A stretch of DNA of 64,000 nt from Lingula anatina (lineage: Eukaryota; Animalia; Brachiopoda). The first letter of the stretch is position 1. Each line of letters starts with the position of its first letter. Under the pieces are notes generated by a model. The model did no database searches, was not told the DNA's origin, and worked only from the letters and a program-made list of their open reading frames with translations. The position numbers and the translations under genes are program-made. The DNA is taken from positions 14,012,001 to 14,076,000 of the forward strand of contig CM120642.1 in NCBI GenBank assembly GCA_051362555.1. Reading direction: 5' to 3'. Positions 11,277 to 24,400 of this stretch are shown one piece after another.

Positions 11277-14200
11277 ATGACAGCTTTCCATTTTCTCCAG
11301 AAGAATTGGTTTTTGTTGGGGATTGTGTTTGTTATCATTTTGGCTCGATTGGCACCAAAATTTGGCGTACAAGGAGGTAGGTATTAGAAAACGTGTGTAA
11401 GCAAATGCTAGATCCGGAACAGAAATGATGTGAGCACGTGCAAGCTACTCTAAATAAAACTGATTTTCATATGGGGAAAAGAATATACACAGATGATTGT
11501 GGCACCTTGGTAGTAAAAATAACCAAAAATTATTTAGCAGTGACTGCAATTCTGTAGTGTAAGCACTCAATTTTATATCCAAAGGCAAAGGCTACATGTT
11601 AGTACCAATCTCTTCTACCTGCTTCAAATGATAAAATTTATAAAAATTCTGTCTTTTAGCACAGGCAGATTTATCGTGTATTTTCTTTTCTCCCAAAAGG
11701 TGCCAAATCCATATGAGGGAACAGGGAATCAGGATGAATATTTTCAGCTTATTGTCATGAGAACAAAATTTACCATGTCGAGCATAAGATGGGCTTTCAA
11801 TTGTGTGACCTGGACCCCTACAAAACCTGAATGGATACTAGCCTCACAGAGCATACAACCAGAGGAGAAATTAAGGATTGGGAAATTTTACTACAAAAAG
11901 GATGCCAGGTCTGCCATTGCTGGGAGGTTGCTGCTGAGAAAAGCTATCTCAGAAATGCTAGACATTCCCTATGGAGATGTAAAACTTGGCCGTACAGAAA
12001 AGGGAAAACCATATCTGATAAATGAGGTACAGCAGAAGTTGAGTTTTAATGTGTCTCACCATGGGGACTGGGCTGTGCTGGCCGCTGACACTGGTGTTGA
12101 TGTAGGGATTGATGTGATGAAGATAGAGAGACCTAGAGGGAAATCTGTTGAAAAGTTCCTCTCCACTATGCAACCACAGTTTACTGTGGAAGAATTGGAT
12201 ACAATTCATTCACCTCCTAATGAATGGGATCAGTTAGCAGTGTTTTATCGGCACTGGTGTCTAAAGGAAAGTTATGTCAAGACGTTAGGCATTGGTATTG
12301 GATTCGATGTTCATAGACTTGGTTTCAGATTGAACACGGATTTGTTAGAGAAGGACACAATAGTTACAAATACTGAAGTATGTGTTGATGGAAAACTTGA
12401 GCACAATTGGATATTTGAAGAAACTATGTTGGATGAAGTCCATTGTGTGTCAACTGCAGTGAATGCAGATATAAATGTTTTAAAGACAAGGAAACCACAC
12501 AATTTTACAGTGCTCACCTTTGAGGATTTGGTTAAAGGATCACAGTCTCAGTCTGATCCAGATATAGCCTACTGGGAAAACTTCAGTGTTAAAGATGAAA
12601 ATCCTTGGACAAAATAAATGCATTTTAAAGCATCTAATGATAAGTTAAGAACTAATTATTCTTTAATTGAAACTTTATGGATAATAGAGATATAAACTCC
12701 AGTAAAATATAAATCAAACATTACTGAGATTATGAAAGGTTAAAATGGTCCAGTATTGAGTAATTCAGTTAATATTAAATTTATTGGCTTATGAAAAATC
12801 TAGTAAAATGAACAGAATTAAATCCTGATTTTGTAAATTTACATACAGTAAGCATCAGGATTATTGCTTTAGTACATTTAATTGAACATGAATTGAAAAT
12901 ATCAACATTGTTAATATTTATTAGTTGAAATAGACGTGATGAGTCTATGTGCTTATACTGGAGTACGTGAAATTTAATAAAATTTTATTCTGATGTACAA
13001 ATTTTCATTTTGATTTGAGTAAGGACAGACAAAATTAAAACAGTTGGTTAAAGAATGACAACTCTGTAAACTGGATAGGCAGACAAATATTTTAATACAT
13101 ATTAAAATATTTGTCTGCCTATCCAGTTTACAGAGTTGGTTTAAGAATGACAACTCTGTAAACTGGATAGGCAGACAAATATTTTAATATGTATTAGGAG
13201 CATAGCAGCAAAATGTCAGGATAAGTGTTTTTTTTTTCAATCTTATTAGTTGTAGGGAATGACAAATCCACAGTGTGAATATATATAAAAACAACAGCAT
13301 TTAGGTTTCTTCTGGGGCCAATTGTATATTTAAATCTAACTCACCAAACCAAGACCAAATGTTTTTTTTTCTTAAAAAATGTGAAAAAAATAATTTTATG
13401 AAAATTATTGTCAGACGTGCCTATTAACCATGTTCAAGTATATCTGGTCTAACATAATTTTTTATGTACAGCTTGTCAGATAGCTATATAATGTTTTATG
13501 ATTAAAGCTTTTTTAATGTTGCCTTCCCAGGACCCATCAAACCTGAAATCACAGTCAAATATATTGCTGTGTCAACCATATTTTTTAACAGTGGACTGTC
13601 TTTAAGAACAGAGGTAAGATTTTCATTCTGTTGTTGCCTTCAAATCTTGGAAATAAAATGGTTCAAATGATCTGTTTATAAGAAATGGCTCCCATTTTTT
13701 TCAACTGATTTTTTTTCATCAAAATGTAAAAAAATGATTTTCATAGAAAATAAGAGAAGGGTTAAATACTAGATTTATTTTGTTGTCTTCTTTTTCATCT
13801 AAAGGATCTGAAGAGGGCCCTCTTCCAAGTAAAACTACATGTATTTGTCCAGTCCTTCACCCTTGGTTTTGTTCCAGTGTTTGTCCACCTGTTGGTCACT
13901 CTCCTGGAAAATAGCCATTTAGAGGAATGGCTTTTAAAGGGGTGAGTCCACACTGCCATGGTATTGATATTTCACAATCTAAGGACAGTTGTGGCATACA
14001 TGTATAGTTGGCAAAGTTACTAGTATATTGAGTACTGCATACATGTGCCTTTGCCAACAACTGAGAAGGAATTCATTACACAATTTATATAAAATAGACC
14101 TTGTTCCAGGCTACCAGAAATTGAAGGTAAATGCCTTTCTTATAGCATGTCAAGTCAGAAATAAGTACTTAAAATACAAATGCATTGAAAAATTGAATCT

Positions 14201-16834
14201 GATCATGAATCTGTGTCCTGCCAACAGGATAATGTTAAAATAGGTTAATGAGTTTCTGCTGTGCTTTTTCAGACTAATGGTAGTTGGGTGCATGCCCCCA
14301 CCAGTCTCCTCGGCTGTCATACTTACTAAAACAGTAGGTGGAAATGAGGTAATTATTAAAGATGCTTTGAGGACCACTCTTACCTGAAAACAGAAATAGT
14401 CCAATTGATGTCAGCCACCAACCTTATCACGTAGGAATGCTTATGGCTTACTTAGACTTAAAAATCTAATACTCGGGTGATGTGAATTAGACTTTTTCTG
14501 GTTTCATTTAGTAAGGTTCTGAATGCAACCTATCTATAAAGTAAATTTTAAGACATCATGTAATGGGAAGGACAAGGTTGCATGTTCACTTATTTTTTTA
14601 CAAAACAGATTTTCAAAATCTTTTGGTAACCATTTCATTTTGTTCAGAACTATTCATTTTCAGAATTACATATGTCCTGGCCAATTGATTTTTGGGTGAA
14701 GACTTTCCATTATACTTCAACAGCTTGAAAAGTTTGATACTTGTTAATCTATGTTCTTGTTGTTCTTTTCATTTCAGGCTGCAGCAGTGTTTAATTCTGC
14801 ATTTGGCAGTTTCCTTGGCATCATAGTCACTCCATTATTGCTACTTCACTATGTAAGTGCTATTATATCTTGAGCATTCATTTAAAAATGATTTATACCT
14901 TATTTGTGTCCACGCTGATGTATGTTTTTGTGTACAGATACAGTAATATTGTCATCACTTTCATTGTCCACTTCGTAAGTGACAACTTTCTATTAATTTT
15001 GCATTGTGGACATTGCATATCTAGAGGATAATTACTTTTTTCATTGAGACGAAACCTGCTAATTATAGCAGTAAGTGTATTTATTTTGTATTTATTTTGT
15101 AATATTTAAAAAGAAATAGCCTTTCTGTATTTGTAATATTTTCAAAGAAATAGCCTTACTGTACATTTGTCTGGCTTACGTGAGTTAGTTATAGAACAGC
15201 TTGTGTGCTACTAGTACTTCCAAGTAATAATGTTCCGTAATTCTTTATTTATGTAACATAACGACGATGCATTCCCTGAAGATGAAGTAAGAACTGTTCC
15301 TACCATTCTTTTTCAGCTTGGCGAGTCCAGTGTTGTACCCTTGGGTTCTGTGTTTACTCAGCTTTCCATGACAGTTGTCATACCTCTCATATTGGGACAA
15401 ATTGCCAGGGCAAAAGCCAAGCATAAACTCAGCCGAGTTAATATTCCTTTTGGGACAATCAGCAGGTTTGTGTATATTTTGATTATATAATGTTCAGTGT
15501 AAATCACCATTATTAAAGTAGCTTCAGTAAGTGTGTAAACTTTATTGTCAAGGTGGTATCTGCCTTGATGTATATAGGGCAATTAATAAAATAAATTTTG
15601 AGGGATTGGGGTTTCTGGGTTGTATTGCTGCACTTGTGTTTTTGTCTTTGGTCATAAACTAAGACCTCAAGAAATTTCAATCCCATGATCATGTGGCTCT
15701 GTCCATATTTTCTAATTGTGTATTTTGCTTTAGTTTTCTTTTATTCATTTTCTGAAATTCTAGTTGTGCAATTTACAAAACAAGGAATTTATATTTTTCA
15801 TTTCAGTTTTACCCTACTTTTGATCATATATACAACCTTCTGTGATACTTTCTCTAGCAGGGAGACAGAAATTGACGAAATGAGCTTATTTGTTATCATA
15901 TTAATAGGTAAGATATTATGTTAAATAAAAATTAATCTTTAAGATTGGAGCATTATTTTTTCACTCTATGGTGTTGTTTCATTGGTATAAAGTAACTTAA
16001 AAATAGTTTATACTGTATATAACCAAGAAATGAGTTTTGAAATAAACTTAAAATTATGTTTTGTAAAGATTTCCAAACAAAAGCTGTATGTTAGTAAACA
16101 TATATGATTGTTTTCAAACTCTCTTTTCAGTGATTATTTTGCAAGTGTTTCTACTGTGGCTGGCTTTCTACATATCCACTATAAAAGCACTTAGGTTTCA
16201 ACCAGCTGATGTAGTCTCCATTATGTTTTGTTCAACACACAAGTCATTAACACTAGGTAAAAGATTTACATATTGTAATTATCTTCTCATTCTAAAATAA
16301 CTGATATATGTGAAAATACATTGTAAAGATCATCTTCTTTTTGTCTGGAAGCAAAATGCAAGAAAGTTGATCCTGAAACGTATAGCATGTACTTAGTATT
16401 TTCAATAAATTGTTTGTCACAATATTGTTTGATTAATAGGACAGATCAGACGGATGCTTTCCATCTCTTTACTTTGTCAACTTTCTTCTCCAGGTATCCC
16501 CATGCTGAAAATTCTCTTCAGTGGCCACAGTCGCCTGTCCGTGATCTCTATCCCCCTGCTGATATACCACCCCACACAGATACTGCTGGGGGGCTGCCTG
16601 GTCCCCTTTGTTAGGTCCTGGATGATAGGAGCACAGGGACAGTATGTTTTCTCAAATACTTGACAATGTACATTGTCACCATAAATGTAAAACTGTTTTT
16701 TAATGGAGTAACATAGTTATTTAATATTTTTTTGGGATGGGCACTAGAAATTATTTTGAGGCATTTATTTATTAAAGTAATACTTTTTTTATTTTAGGTG
16801 GCTGCCAAGATGGATGAAAAGTGACAGGATATGA
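11277..16834 (+). CDS. SLC10A7: Sodium/bile acid cotransporter 7, about 343 aa; exons 11277-11376, 13531-13613, 13805-13941, 14273-14348, 14778-14852, 15317-15465, 15807-15907, 16131-16256, 16494-16641, 16798-16834 (alternatively read-through to stop 16663)
   Basis: KNWFLLGIV...[90 protein letters not shown] and [13 protein letters not shown] closely match SLC10A7. Confidence 0.96.
11775..12617 (+). CDS. AASDHPPT: Sfp-type 4'-phosphopantetheinyl transferase, single coding exon of about 280 aa (alternative in-frame ATG at 11757), nested in SLC10A7 intron 1
   Basis: Intact ORF with [32 protein letters not shown] and [18 protein letters not shown] motifs; AATAAA overlaps the stop (12613-12618) and recurs at about 12976. 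Confidence 0.95.
   Translation: MSSIRWAFNCVTWTPTKPEWILASQSIQPEEKLRIGKFYYKKDARSAIAGRLLLRKAISEMLDIPYGDVKLGRTEKGKPYLINEVQQKLSFNVSHHGDWAVLAADTGVDVGIDVMKIERPRGKSVEKFLSTMQPQFTVEELDTIHSPPNEWDQLAVFYRHWCLKESYVKTLGIGIGFDVHRLGFRLNTDLLEKDTIVTNTEVCVDGKLEHNWIFEETMLDEVHCVSTAVNADINVLKTRKPHNFTVLTFEDLVKGSQSQSDPDIAYWENFSVKDENPWTK
13043..13196. repeat. Direct-inverted-direct triplication of a 39-bp unit; perfect hairpin at 13059-13138
   Basis: caactctgtaaactggataggcagacaaatattttaata at 13059-13097, its exact reverse complement at 13100-13138, and forward again at 13151-13189. Confidence 0.92.
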
Positions 16835-16999
16835 CTGTCAAGCAATGCTGATAAATTGAAAATGCTTTTCTATAAGATGGGAAAAGCTACAAAATATGAC
16901 ATCCATCAGTATTACAAAGGAAACGTTGTTGTCCTTGTCAAGATGGCATTGTTAATAAATGTTGATTCTGTTATTTTTTTCCTTCATGTAATAGACTTA

Positions 17000-18630
17000 C
17001 AGGCATGAGATTTGGTTTTGATAAAAAAGTCTGAAAGATTTTTCGAAGAAAAATCTTAACGCACACGTAGTGTGCGTGGGGGGGTTGTGCGCCCCCCTTA
17101 AGCCTTGGAAAATTTTTTGACTTTTGCATTATGAATGGTGCAATTTCCTTGCATTTAAGATCCCCCAAAAGAACTTTTTATCAGGCAAAAATGTGTAAAA
17201 ATACATGAAATTTCATACAAATTTACACAAGAACATTATTTAAATAGAATAAATAATACAATCTATCTATGGAAATTTTTTTTTACTTTTGCATTATGAT
17301 TGGTGCACTTTCCTTGCATTTAAGACCCACAAAATGAACTTTCTATCAGGCAAAAATGTGTAAAAAAATGTGTAAAAATACATGAAAATTTCATACAAAT
17401 TTACAACAGCATCCATGGAAACGAGGTTAAATTTCATAAACGTCAGGGTCGGAAAACCCAGATATATCGCACCTAAGCCGCCCCCGGTAGCCATATGCTG
17501 TTAGGAGACGTTATTCAAAGTAAATTTGTTCTAAGATATAATTAAGGTTCATTTTGCATGCCTGTAAACTCCTAGATCTAAGGGTTTATCTTACATAGAA
17601 GTGTGATTTAACATCGTGTAAATCATAAATCGGCATGAAATAACTGACTTTTGAAAACGTACACAACTTCTTTGCTGCACTTGAAATGACCTCGTTAGCT
17701 ATAAATATGATCCTTTCACCTTGCCACGTGACATCATTTGATCCATATACATGAGTAGTTGTCACTGTTGAAGGGAAAGCACGTCTATTTATAGGAACTG
17801 AAATCAGATGACGCAATGTATTGTTGTGTTCAGAGAGCAACTTTCACTTGACCTACTTTCCAGTGCTGTATGTTGAACAGTACGTAGCTGCACCGGTATT
17901 TCTTCTCATTATACTTCAATTTGAGAAAATAAAAAACTTAATTGACTTGTATAATTTCCCACCGGTACGATAGGTATTTAATAAACATACCGGGTGGAAG
18001 AATTTTGAAAAATTAATAAGCGTACTGGGTATGTTTATTACAACAGCATCCATGGAAACGAGGTCCCCTTTTAGGAGTGCGCCCGAGGGCGCATCTCTAG
18101 GAATTTTTTGGCGACATTTTCAATTTTTGGGCGACAATGTCGCAATGTCGCGCTCTGGGCAGAACCCTGCAACTCAAAACATGAAAATTTTCAAATGCAA
18201 GTTCAATGTCTTCATACGACATACACACAACCGATCTAGTAGCTTCATTTTCCAAAACGCAAAAGCGACACACGATACCACATGGAAAAAACCGCGCAGC
18301 GCTATATGAACAGGATACAGGCCGTTTTACGGTAATTACATTCAATGACTGTATAAATGTCGTATAGATGTCGCAAAAGTTTCCCCCTTGATAACAGTGC
18401 GTCCCAGAATCGATATATATGTACGGTTGGTAACGTTTTTCGGCAAGGTCAAAATTGAAAACATGCGAGTGCCGATGAGTGAAGGGTCTCGCCGGGGAAG
18501 GGAAGGGTACCCCTACCCCCCCCCCCCCCCCCCCTGAAATTTTCTCAACGGATTTGCAATGATATAAAAAATGACATTTTTGAAGGAAAAAGTCGGAATT
18601 CCGACAAAAGACGGAAAAATCTCATGCCTG
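17000..18630. mobile_element. Non-autonomous hAT-like DNA transposon, 14-bp TIRs, internal duplications, no transposase ORF
   Basis: CAGGCATGAGATTT at 17000 and AAATCTCATGCCTG ending 18630. An internal block of about 110 bp is repeated (about 17120-17228 and 17285-17408). ttacaacagcatccatggaaacgagg occurs at 17401 and about 18037. AATAGA flanks both sides, offset by 4 nt on the left. Confidence 0.75.
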
Positions 18631-19025
18631 AATAGATATAGAGAGGAAATTAAATATTAAATGTGTTACCTAAAATTCTAAGAATTAATAATGTAATTGG
18701 CTATATGAATGCAAAGACTTTTTGTTTACTATCGATACGCAAAAGCTAGTATCTCAAGGACTTGTTTATGAACAGAAGTTTTATGTTAATTTATAATAAT
18801 ACCTCAATTTTATAATGACGGACAGGAAAAAGGGAGACTGCTGTTTTCCTCCAGAGAATAAACAAAAATCAAATTTTCAATTTTTTATTTAATAATTTTT
18901 TTGAAAAAAATATTCTTGTTACTCACAGCAGTAAATTCCACAAAAAATAACATAAATGAGAACACCAGCTACACAGCTTTCTTAAAATCATATGAAGGCT
19001 GGTTTTGCCCTGCCATTACTGCTTT

Positions 19026-19136
19026 CCCTAACGAAAAAGTCCTATAGGATCCTATAAGATCCTATAGGATCCTATAGGAAATTGGGCCAATTTCCTATAG
19101 GATCCTATAGGATCCTATAGGACATTTTCGTAAGGG
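19026..19136. mobile_element. 111-bp foldback (palindromic) MITE built from 10-bp CCTATAGGAT units, CCC..GGG termini
   Basis: ccctaacgaaaaagtcctatagg / cctataggacattttcgtaaggg are near-perfect inverted ends; centre aattgggccaatt; TT on both flanks. Confidence 0.8.
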
Positions 19137-21426
19137 TTGGTGCATGTCTTTTTAACAGTTAAGTAGAAAAATAACAAAAACTGACTCCCAGGATCTGTAA
19201 GATGATCCTTAATGATGCTCGAGATTCCACACCTGCTGCAGATTTTTATTTTTTCAAATTGGGCCTCTCATCTCTGTGCCACGGGGAAATGTGTCCAGTT
19301 TTGGCCTAAATGATCTCATTGGAGAAATGTGTTCTGTTGATGCACACTGCAGAAGACTTCAAGCTTGGTTCTGTACATATAGCTGGAACCAGAAAATACA
19401 ATAAACAGCTGTGATCGTTTTCAGAAATGTTTTAAATCTTAATGGAAGAATTTGAATGCCCAGAAAGAATATTTCATTATGAAAATGAATTCTAGTTTAT
19501 TTGTCATATACCCTAAGCATGCCAGAAGTTATATTGCAGTTATTTACTTATGTTATTTTCAGTTAAAAGTGTGCTCCTGTAAACTTACCAACATCTAAAC
19601 ATTCACAATTTGTAACAAAGCAGCTGATAAATCTGGAGAACGGCAGAGACCTCCAAGAAGACCAAACCACAGACGTGATCCCATGTATCAGCAAGGCACC
19701 CGACATTCTGAAATGAGATTTCAAAAATTTCTTTAAGACCCAAAATTAAGTTCTGCCCCTGCCTCACTGGTGAGTTTCAACAGGTCTTACTTGACATGTT
19801 AAATTTTGTAACATGTTTACATATCTGATAGAAATATTACAATAAACACTTTAATACAGTTCAATTTTAATAAATAAAGTTAAAGAACTGTTACACCAGC
19901 AACATAAAAATCATGACTGTTGCTTAACAAAGGACTGGTGATCGTGATGACACCGTTTTCCTTTTGATACTTTTGGTTGCTGCACAATCTGTATGCAAGT
20001 CCTCTGCTTTTAGCTTGATGATAACTGATGGCCATCATGTGCCGGACATGGTCTTTACTGTTGTCTGCTTATCACAGCTGTATTGGTGATTGAAGGTCAC
20101 ATGAAAATCTGCTGTAATCTATCAAAATTTCTGATCAGTCTTTGATGGGTTCCCACTGCGATGTTTGTCCAACTGCCATCTGCTTTAAGTAGACCTTCTG
20201 TACTTGATATCGCCTGTTGGGACATGGACGGACACCACAATAACACGAAACATTGTCAACTGTGAACTTGCTTATGATATTGCATCATTGGTATTAGTAA
20301 GCTTTTCTCTTTGCTTTGCATCATCAGTTATCGCAAGGCACAGTGACAAGGAACAATACATAACATTAAACACAGACAATTTCACAACACAACACACAAA
20401 ACATTTGGTATAGCTTTTCCCAAGATTTTGGGGGTTGTATGGGCTGTTTCCCATACTTGTCATCTTTATTGTTGATTATTTTAGCTTTGTACGATAATTC
20501 TTTTCTTCTTTTTCAAATTCTTTAACGCATAATTGCTTCTTTTTTTTAAACATGCGTTTTGAATTTTTCTCTTTTTCTTTTTTCCCAGTGTACAAAGCTT
20601 TTTTGAAGTTTGCTGAAAACCCATGCTTTGTTAACAAAGCATATACAACAATTCAATAAATCTTACAAGCATAATCATATGACAAAAGCAAATTGAGTAA
20701 ACTGTCCAACTTACAGTTAACAATTCGTACTACTTTCTAAGGTCATCATTATAGCACCAGACTGATTATCATCATAACAATCCCTATGTCACAATTTCAA
20801 CCTAGTTTCTGAATATGCAGGCTATTTAAAGTTAAAATTTACATTCTACAATGTTTCTTTAATACGTGTTTAATTTATCAAAATTTTCAAATTATTTTTA
20901 CTGTATCATACAACTGAATAATCTAATGTTTAGTGTCCACTTCAATGTATATTTTTGACTTGGTGCATGATGACAGAAGCACATATACAGTATAGTACAT
21001 ATATACAAATACTTAAAGTTGCCATTGTGGACATTCCACAAATTGGACACTACTAGACTTTCAACTGAACCAAAAAACTTTTTTCATAATACAGACCTTT
21101 CTTTTGCATGTCGCAAACACTAAAAGAAGACTGTGACTACCCACACAGTTGACACAGCCTGTGTAAACTGCCAATTAAACTAATCCATGAAATGGAATTT
21201 CCTTACATGAACAGACAGCTGCCCTGTTTTTCTTATGGCAGGATGAAAACCGGCTCATTTTCAAATAAAGTTTCATGCTAAATACAAGTCTTTGATGTGC
21301 AACAAATGTGAAAACCTAAATACAGTTACTCCAATCTCTGTAACCATGGAATAGTTATCAAATCTCAACACCATGACTACCACATCATAACACATCATAA
21401 CTCTTAGAGTCCATTACAGGGGGGAA

Positions 21427-24400
21427 TCACCGCCTCCATGACTTGTCTTCTTCATCATCATCATCTTCCTCATCATCAGCCCCAAGCAGAATATCTTCAT
21501 CTAGTTCATCCAACTGAAATAACAGACAGCACCAATAAAGTATACTTTTGACAGCTATGAAAGTATTAAAAAAAATAGATATTCACAGTAATTACATTTG
21601 GAATATTCACCAGACAAACACAACTAATCAACTGTTGCCGTGGTCTGGACTGCATCCCATGATATGTCTCCAACAGTTTTTAGCCAACCTGTTAACTATT
21701 TGAAAGAAAAAGAATCACTTGTTATTCTTTTTTCGACCAAAAGAAATTGTTAAAAATGTGATATTCCAACACACACACCAAAAGTTTTCATCATTATGAT
21801 CATTTCCTACTTACCTCCTCCTCATCTTCCTCCTCTCCCTCTGGGACAACCACTGGTGCATTTGTGGACTCTTCCCCCTCCTCCTCCTCACCACCTTCTC
21901 CTGGAAGGTTGGCAGTGACCGAGGTACGCCGGGCGGTGGCGCGGGTTACCATCACCCCTTCCCCCGACTCTTGGCCCTTCTCTGGACTCTTCTGCTGGTA
22001 CCATGACATTGAGAGGCTCTTCTCCTTGAATTTCTGACCCTCCCTTGCAGCCTAGAAAACAAGATATCACATGGTTACTGTAATAATTGTTGTGGAATAC
22101 ATCCACCATTTGCTACTGACCCATGTCTAAGATCCAATCAGTTCAAAAAACTGTGTGAAATATGATAGAATAAAAGTTACTTAAAGCAAAAATAAGCCTA
22201 GAGTGTAAGTTTTTTTATATTGATTTTTCCTTTTCCAATTTGGAATTATCCCATACAAACCTGAAATAATATAAGAAAGAGAATGGCGGGTCTAAAACGT
22301 ATAGTGTGTACAGACTTACTGTTTCTGCTTCCTGTCTTGTTTTGAATGTGAGTATAACATTTGGTTCACTTTCATCACAGTCTATCTTCTCAATCTCTCC
22401 GTAATTCTGAAAGATTAGAGTGCAATTATTATATTCAAATAATATATACAATACCTTTTTGCCATGCACATGCATATGGTTTCACCAAATAAAACATCAT
22501 ATATAAGACATTTATTCTTTTATCATAAAACTGAATATCTTAGTAAAACTTAAAGGCAATCATACATATAAGCCAAAGCCCACTAACCTGGAATTGTGAG
22601 ATCACTTCATCCTTTTCATTTAAACTGAACCCTCTCACTAACAACTGTCTTGGACGGCGGTCTACAGATCTGGCTGCCATAGTAACACCACCTCTTCCTC
22701 TGCCTCTCCCACGCCCCCTGGGGGCAGCTCCACCACGCCCTCTTCCTCGGCCACGGCGAGCTTCTACAATACCAAGCGCTGCTGCCTGGAGGGGAATGCA
22801 TCAACTTGTAAGTAATATAGATATAGACTTTATATAAGCTAAAAATTAACCTTGGGGTACAAATCATGAGCACATTCTTTAACTTAAAACAAATATCTCC
22901 CCAATTCCTGGAAAAATCAGGTTTCTTACATAAAGCTGTGAGGAGATTGGCTGATACATCTGTAACAGAAAACTTAAAAACATATAGAATAGCTAAAATT
23001 ATTAGTTTATTTCTAATCAATCCAATATGTGAGTAATATGGTAACTTGCAAACTTTTCTTGTACATGATACATTGGGTATTACATGCCAAATGATAAAAA
23101 AAAGACAACAGTAATTAAATCTCAGCATCATAAATAACTAATTAAAAAGAAGACGGGAGTACCTCTCGTTTGAGTTCCATGATTTTCTTCCTGAGGTCTG
23201 AGGTGTCCCCACCACTGGTTTCTTTGGTCATAAGTTCTAGTTCTGTGTCCAGGAGCTCCTTCTGGGCCTAAAATACAATAAACACAGGATACAGCTGACC
23301 ATGTGATTCAGGAGATTATTTCATGTTACCTTTGGTGAAGTGACCTAGACTGGAACAATTGGGCCAATGAAAATGTTTACATGAAATATTACTTAAGTTC
23401 CCAATGTAACATGAATTGACATTCTAGAGATGACATGAAACTGATATGTGAGGATGTTGGTGGGAAAGCAAACATGACTATTACGTGGATTCTAAGTAAA
23501 GTCTACCTCCTGTTTTGATTTATGATGAAATTCCACTCCTCCTCCTCCTGTGGTTCCTCCAACATTAGGTGAGGCAGTGATCTCCAACTTCAGTTTATCT
23601 ATACTAGCTGCCAATGTCTTTATTGTCTAAAAATAAGAGATATAATGAGTAAAATATTTTACGTAATTTCTTAATATTCTGAGCCAACAAATTTTAACAT
23701 TCATAACATGTGCTCAAGCAGTCACCATTATGTTATTCACATGTATTACACTTTGTGTTCCGATTATATTTTTAACAATTATAGAAAAAGTGACAGTTTC
23801 GGTGATATAATAGATAACAATGAAGTTCTACTTCTCTTCACTACTTTTTGTCAGGCAGGTGGGACTGCTGCTATCAAATGTTCATAAGAGATGCTTACTT
23901 TCACAATTACAGCCTTCTCCTCTGGACTAGTCCCCTTATTCTTATCAAGCTTTTGAATCAGCAACTGCAAGATTATTATAAGATTTATCTATAGCATAGG
24001 GGAAATAGTGGAATAAACAAAATTCTATCTTTTTAACATGCAGTAGAAGACATTAACTCTCAATATTATTATACAAAGTGTCTACTATTTTAATGTGTTC
24101 AGTAACCAAACAAGCTATTAACTTTTTTTGATCCATACATGCAGTTCAAAACAAACACAACAACTTTCATCACAATTACCTTTTGTTGTTCTAGCTGTTT
24201 TTGTAACAAAGTTTGTTTTTGCTTTTGGATTTCTAGTCTCTTCTTTATGACATCCTACAATATTGGAAAAGAATATGACTTATTTAAAGCTTTACAAAAT
24301 TTAGTTATCTGTGTCCAGCTTGCTTTCAAAGTACTCAAATATTGACATGAAACTAAGTACACAGTAGATTTTACAAATTTTCAAGTTAAAGAAAAATATC

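Noticed and set aside
11628-11774. N-terminal extension of the 329-aa AASDHPPT ORF, or an SLC10A7-AASDHPPT fusion protein
   Set aside because: The extension looks like intron and acceptor sequence, and the exon 1 phase is incompatible with an in-frame fusion
12937-12993. C/D snoRNA-like GTGATGA ... CTGA
   Set aside because: Poor terminal stem and AT-only guide region; more simply the AASDHPPT 3'UTR polyA region
20020-20332. 11-bp inverted repeat gataactgatg/catcagttatc in the RBM26 3' region
   Set aside because: Too short to exclude chance, with no further supporting structure
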